Positions 60,037-64,000 of a stretch of 64,000 nt of DNA are shown here, in pieces (position 1 is the stretch's first letter; each line of letters begins with the position of its first letter). The DNA is taken from IMG/VR virus record IMGVR_UViG_3300046507_000773, positions 1 through 64,000 of that record; one strand, written 5' to 3'. The notes beneath the pieces are model-generated. The model did not search any database. It was not told the DNA's origin and saw only the letters and a program-made list of their open reading frames with translations. The position numbers were made by a program, and so were the translations under genes.

Positions 60037-62874
60037 TCAGCTTGCCTGCTCGTCATCAGTCTTGCCTTTATCGTCGCCGTCCTTTGGTGGTTCTTCGCCT
60101 TCTGGTTTCGCTGCAGCTTCGTCTGCTGCCGGTTCACCTTCAGCACCACCTGCTGCGTCAGGAGTCGCAGGTTCAGCAGTTGCATCAGCGCCGTCATTCA
60201 GACCGCCACCGAGGTCACTGCCCAAGTCAAACCCATCATTCCCGCCACCGCCACCGAACTCATCGTCCGTAGTGCTACCGCCACCGCTCTGGTCATCGGT
60301 GCTACCGCCACCAGATGCTTCCATGTCGCCAACCTTCGCTTGCAGCACTTCATTGGATGCACGCTTGATTGGTTGCAGGTTGACCATGAACGAAGTCAGG
60401 TGCTTAGTGAGGGACTCGATGTGTTCCATCGCGCCGTTGTACAGTTCCATCGTCGGCGAACCGTCTTCGTTGGTTTCCGTGATGGAGGACAGTTCAGGCA
60501 AGATGCCGTTGTCTGCCATGTACTTCTGCATGAAGCGTGCCTTGACGATTGCACGAACCATGCCGGTCTGGTTTGCCACGTCGCCACCGGACTCGCTCGT
60601 GTAGAACGCGTCAGCAATGATGTGGTCCAGTGCAGCATCCAGCGCTTTGCCATAGACTTCCATGGCTGCCAGTTGGTTTTCCAGCGTGACCGAATTCGGA
60701 CGCGGCAGGTTTGCTTCGAAGCCAGCGATGAATTGCTTCAGGAATTCCGTGATGATGAACATCTCCACTTCTTCCTTCTTGACACTCTCGGACATCTGCT
60801 TGTCCTTCATGTACTCTTCGATGCGGGTTTCCAGCTTGTCCTTGTTCTTGACGAGGATTTCCAGCAGCGCTTTCCACAGGTTTTCCGAAGCACCCATGTA
60901 TTTGCGCATGTGGTCAGACAGTTGCGGCGTGAAGACGTCCTGGATGTTGATCACCTGCTTACTCAGCAGGATGTTGTTCGACACCGCAGTGGTTGCGAAC
61001 TCGATGGGAATGCCCGAGTCCACGAGTTCCGGCGGAACGCCCGAACTCATGATGCTGTCTTTACGCAGGCTGTCGGCCAGGTCCGTGTCGGGCTTGACGT
61101 ACTGGTTCGACTTTTCACCGAAGTCCACACGAACGTCCGGCATGCCGGGGTGACCTTCCGTGATGAATTCCAGGGAGGCCAGGTTCAGGTGGTCGACGAT
61201 GTCAGTCGGACTCGTCATGCCAACAGGTGGCAGCGTCTTCTGACGGGAACGCACGACTTCGTGACGGATGATTTCTTCGCTCCTGAACGGGTCAGGATCT
61301 TTCTCATCGAGTTTGATCTTGACTTCGGTGCGGCCGATGGAATTTTTGATACCGGCCATGACGTTCGAGAACAGAAGCGCCGAACGCAGACCGTTCGTCA
61401 CCTTCATCTGGTCCAGCATGGATTCACCCACGCCGTTCTCGTCGTATTCAAAAGCGATGTACGTCACGAGTTCAGCTGGCAGGAACACCAGCTGCGTATG
61501 TTGCTTAGCCAGAGCGCGGGCGAACATGATGCGGTAGATCGATTCGCGCTTGGCAATCGACGCACCTTCACCATACGCACCGTTACGAAGACGCGCCAGC
61601 AGTTCTTGCTCGACCATTTCACCGAACACACGAGCCGAGAAGTCCAGGTGTTGCTGGTTCATCGGATCGAACCCGTTCATCTCGCCCTTGACCTTATTGA
61701 GCATGACAGACGGGAAGGACGATGCACTCGACAGACGCGAACCCATGTCCAAGTTCTGCTGGTATTCAGAAGCGTTGGTAACTGGATTACCTTCGCCGTC
61801 CGTGATCATGAAGTAACCCAGGTGCTGCGAGACGTTACCGGGCATGAAGACCGGCAGCAGTGCTTGCGGTGGGATATGCATGACCAAAGGTTCGCCAACA
61901 GCACGGCGATTCAATTGGTCTTGCGTCTTCAGGGTCGTGATCGGATTGTACTTGAACGCACGGTTCTTGTAGATCAGATCGACCAGCTGACGATCGTTCA
62001 TCATCGGGTTCTTGTGCGACTCCATGGCAGCACGATGGCCACCACTACCCAAAGCCTGCTGGATCTTCTGTTCACGCAAGCGCTGGTTCAAGCGCGGCAC
62101 GTTCAGGATAGCAGGGTTGTCGCAGACGGTGATGAACGTCTCTTGTGCTTTACCTTCGAACGCCAGGGAGAGCGTGACGTTCTGATCGATGTTCTGGTGC
62201 TTGGTATAGCCACCAAAACTCTCGAGCGAAATACTCGACATCGAAGTCGGTGTCGGCGCTTCTTTAACAACCGGGCCCAGGATCGACAGCGGACGGATGT
62301 TGCCTTTGTCGTCGAAATGATCCTTGATCATCTCCATCGAAATCTGGCGACCACCATTGATTACGTCGTCCAGAGTGTTCTCCGGAATAACAGCAATGGG
62401 ATAAGCGCCTTCGTCGAAAATTGCTTTACCGAGGATATCGGCGAGCTTCGGCGTTATTTTATAGTCCTTTTCCAGATGGGCTTTAATCGCAGCCATCATT
62501 TCGGAGGAAACCTCCGGCGGTAAGAGCCCTTCTGCCGATGTGTAATTCAGCTCGACAGTAACCATGTCTTTCGGTGCCAGGACGGAGCTCACCAGGATTT
62601 GCTTGGTGCGTTTCAGGTCCGGCAATACCTGAAGGACGGTTTTAGCATCGATGATGTCTTGTGCTTTCCGCTGGCCAATTTGTTTCAACTGGCTGACATC
62701 TGGGGTGTGCGGCGAAAGGTTCCCTTTGTCGTCGTACGTTGCAGAATTATTGCCACGGATTGTCTTACTCAGGATGGCCGCCATTTCCGGGTTTTGTCGC
62801 GTGAGCTTCATCACCGGGAAATGTTCACCCTGGTTGGCACTCTGTAAGGCCTGTTTGAAAGTTTCACCAGCCAT
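60037..62874 (-). CDS. Portal protein (phiKZ gp129-like)
   Basis: 945 aa. ILVSSVLAPKDM, GAYPIAVIPE, GEPLVMHIP...PV..PG....HLGYF, S/A-x-E sites, acidic Gly-rich tail, divergent from the gp128-like gene. Confidence 0.85.
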   Translation of the reverse strand: MAGETFKQALQSANQGEHFPVMKLTRQNPEMAAILSKTIRGNNSATYDDKGNLSPHTPDVSQLKQIGQRKAQDIIDAKTVLQVLPDLKRTKQILVSSVLAPKDMVTVELNYTSAEGLLPPEVSSEMMAAIKAHLEKDYKITPKLADILGKAIFDEGAYPIAVIPENTLDDVINGGRQISMEMIKDHFDDKGNIRPLSILGPVVKEAPTPTSMSSISLESFGGYTKHQNIDQNVTLSLAFEGKAQETFITVCDNPAILNVPRLNQRLREQKIQQALGSGGHRAAMESHKNPMMNDRQLVDLIYKNRAFKYNPITTLKTQDQLNRRAVGEPLVMHIPPQALLPVFMPGNVSQHLGYFMITDGEGNPVTNASEYQQNLDMGSRLSSASSFPSVMLNKVKGEMNGFDPMNQQHLDFSARVFGEMVEQELLARLRNGAYGEGASIAKRESIYRIMFARALAKQHTQLVFLPAELVTYIAFEYDENGVGESMLDQMKVTNGLRSALLFSNVMAGIKNSIGRTEVKIKLDEKDPDPFRSEEIIRHEVVRSRQKTLPPVGMTSPTDIVDHLNLASLEFITEGHPGMPDVRVDFGEKSNQYVKPDTDLADSLRKDSIMSSGVPPELVDSGIPIEFATTAVSNNILLSKQVINIQDVFTPQLSDHMRKYMGASENLWKALLEILVKNKDKLETRIEEYMKDKQMSESVKKEEVEMFIITEFLKQFIAGFEANLPRPNSVTLENQLAAMEVYGKALDAALDHIIADAFYTSESGGDVANQTGMVRAIVKARFMQKYMADNGILPELSSITETNEDGSPTMELYNGAMEHIESLTKHLTSFMVNLQPIKRASNEVLQAKVGDMEASGGGSTDDQSGGGSTTDDEFGGGGGNDGFDLGSDLGGGLNDGADATAEPATPDAAGGAEGEPAADEAAAKPEGEEPPKDGDDKGKTDDEQAS

Positions 62875-62906
62875 TATTACAACCTCTTTAGTTTTTAGGG
62901 ATAGTC

Positions 62907-64000
62907 GTGACTACCAACAACAGCTATCAAGACTACATGGATTCGGTGCTACAGTTGGCAGAGACGATTGTTATCAAATCGTCCGCTGCTGCTGAAGCGC
63001 TTAATCAGAAATTGGTAGAAGATTACGGGGCAAGTGTTGTTGACTCCCGCTACCCCTCTACCTGGAAGTATTACCTGAATCTTGCAGGTGAGTACCACCC
63101 CACCGATACCGTAATGACGGTCGTGTCAATGGATACATTGGAAAAAATAACTTTTTCCAAGACGAACCTCAAATTGCACCGAGCGACGGCTCGCGGCTAT
63201 GCGTTCGGTACCCGTCAATACAATTTGTTGGTATCCCAATACCCGGAACAATCTCTGCTCATCAAGGGCATCTTGAACCCGGTGGATATCGACGATGCCA
63301 TCGCAGCCGATGATGGCAAGATCCTTGGATACCCAGTAGGACTCGTAGAAGAAAACGAGTACTCCTTAATTGCCAAACTCCAGACGTGGGTAAATGGTTT
63401 TCGTGCCCGTTACGTGAACGAGCAGTTTAGTATCTCTGATTCCCTCTACACTTCATCGTGGATGGGCATCATGTACATGAACTTACCTGGCGCAATTGCA
63501 GGCTTGCGAAAGGAAGCTTGTCACACGAACGAAGCGCACAGCTACCACGTTAAACAGTACCTGGCAAGTCACGGACACCTGGACCAGTACATGGACCAGC
63601 TGACCACGAAGCAAGCTTTGTGGCTCTACCGTAACATCAGATACCTGCGCAACAACACGGGTAAGCAAGAGAACTTCGAGTGGCTCATAGAGCATATCAT
63701 GACCGAGCGTAACCTGCCCTTGGCAGAGTACAACATGCATCACGATGTCTCGGTAATGGCGGGTCACAGCGATTCGTCCATGATGCGCATGATGGCACTT
63801 GAGGCGCCGGTGGAAACTGGCTCACTCTATCCGGACATCAAATTTAAGAAGGTGCCGCTTAACCTCGGCTACAACTTGACTGACGATGATCCGGTGACGC
63901 TTGGCACCGTACTGGCGAAAGAAGATCGTTTTGCCAGGATGAACGCGAAGATCCGTTCAGTTGCACAGCCCCAGATTCAAGAGGCCATGGAGAACTCGCT
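62907..64000 (+). CDS. Virion structural protein (phiKZ gp128-like), partial at the window end
   Basis: GTG start after TAGGGA, open to the end. TWKYYLNLAGEYH, HSYHVKQYLASH, LWLYRNIRYL. Not in the ORF track because it has no stop in the window. Confidence 0.8.
   Translation, partial: MTTNNSYQDYMDSVLQLAETIVIKSSAAAEALNQKLVEDYGASVVDSRYPSTWKYYLNLAGEYHPTDTVMTVVSMDTLEKITFSKTNLKLHRATARGYAFGTRQYNLLVSQYPEQSLLIKGILNPVDIDDAIAADDGKILGYPVGLVEENEYSLIAKLQTWVNGFRARYVNEQFSISDSLYTSSWMGIMYMNLPGAIAGLRKEACHTNEAHSYHVKQYLASHGHLDQYMDQLTTKQALWLYRNIRYLRNNTGKQENFEWLIEHIMTERNLPLAEYNMHHDVSVMAGHSDSSMMRMMALEAPVETGSLYPDIKFKKVPLNLGYNLTDDDPVTLGTVLAKEDRFARMNAKIRSVAQPQIQEAMENS

Noticed and set aside
59983-62523. 846-aa plus-strand ORF
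   Set aside because: It is an antisense shadow of the portal gene, with no RBS or recognisable motifs.
1-64000. CRISPR arrays, tRNA/rRNA genes, IS elements, stop-codon reassignment
   Set aside because: No regularly spaced repeats, cloverleafs or transposase motifs were seen. Genes tile densely under the standard code.

Overview
A 64-kb segment of a phiKZ-like (Chimalliviridae-type) jumbo phage genome. The host is probably in the Burkholderiales, inferred from the betaproteobacterial-type NrdB and Dcd. The right end (43.9-64 kb) is the conserved core block: DnaB-like helicase, major capsid protein (MCP), N-terminal half of the non-virion RNAP beta subunit, portal, and a partial gp128-like virion protein. 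The left end closes a tail-fibre-like module. The 2-43.8 kb interior is a plus-strand accessory region with nucleotide-metabolism genes (tmk, thyA, nrdB, dcd, NUDIX, HAD) and many hypothetical genes. It is punctuated by a repeated CATAT(C/T)AC promoter-like motif and by hairpins flanked by GCATAA...TTATGCCG. Most notable: (1) a 22.4-23.1 kb unit with a hammerhead-ribozyme core whose stem II is a 4-way junction, a 62-aa ORF, and a structured 3' RNA with anti-Shine-Dalgarno-like loops; (2) a free-standing copy of the central MCP domain; (3) an HslV/Ntn-protease fused to an RNAP alpha-CTD; (4) a membrane protein ending in an RNAP beta'-type zinc finger; (5) a divergent Tad1-like sponge; (6) a tandem array of degenerate P-loop mini-proteins; (7) an FG-rich disordered insert in a core gene. 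All family assignments come from visual motif recognition and recalled consensus sequences. No database search or RNA folding program was run.
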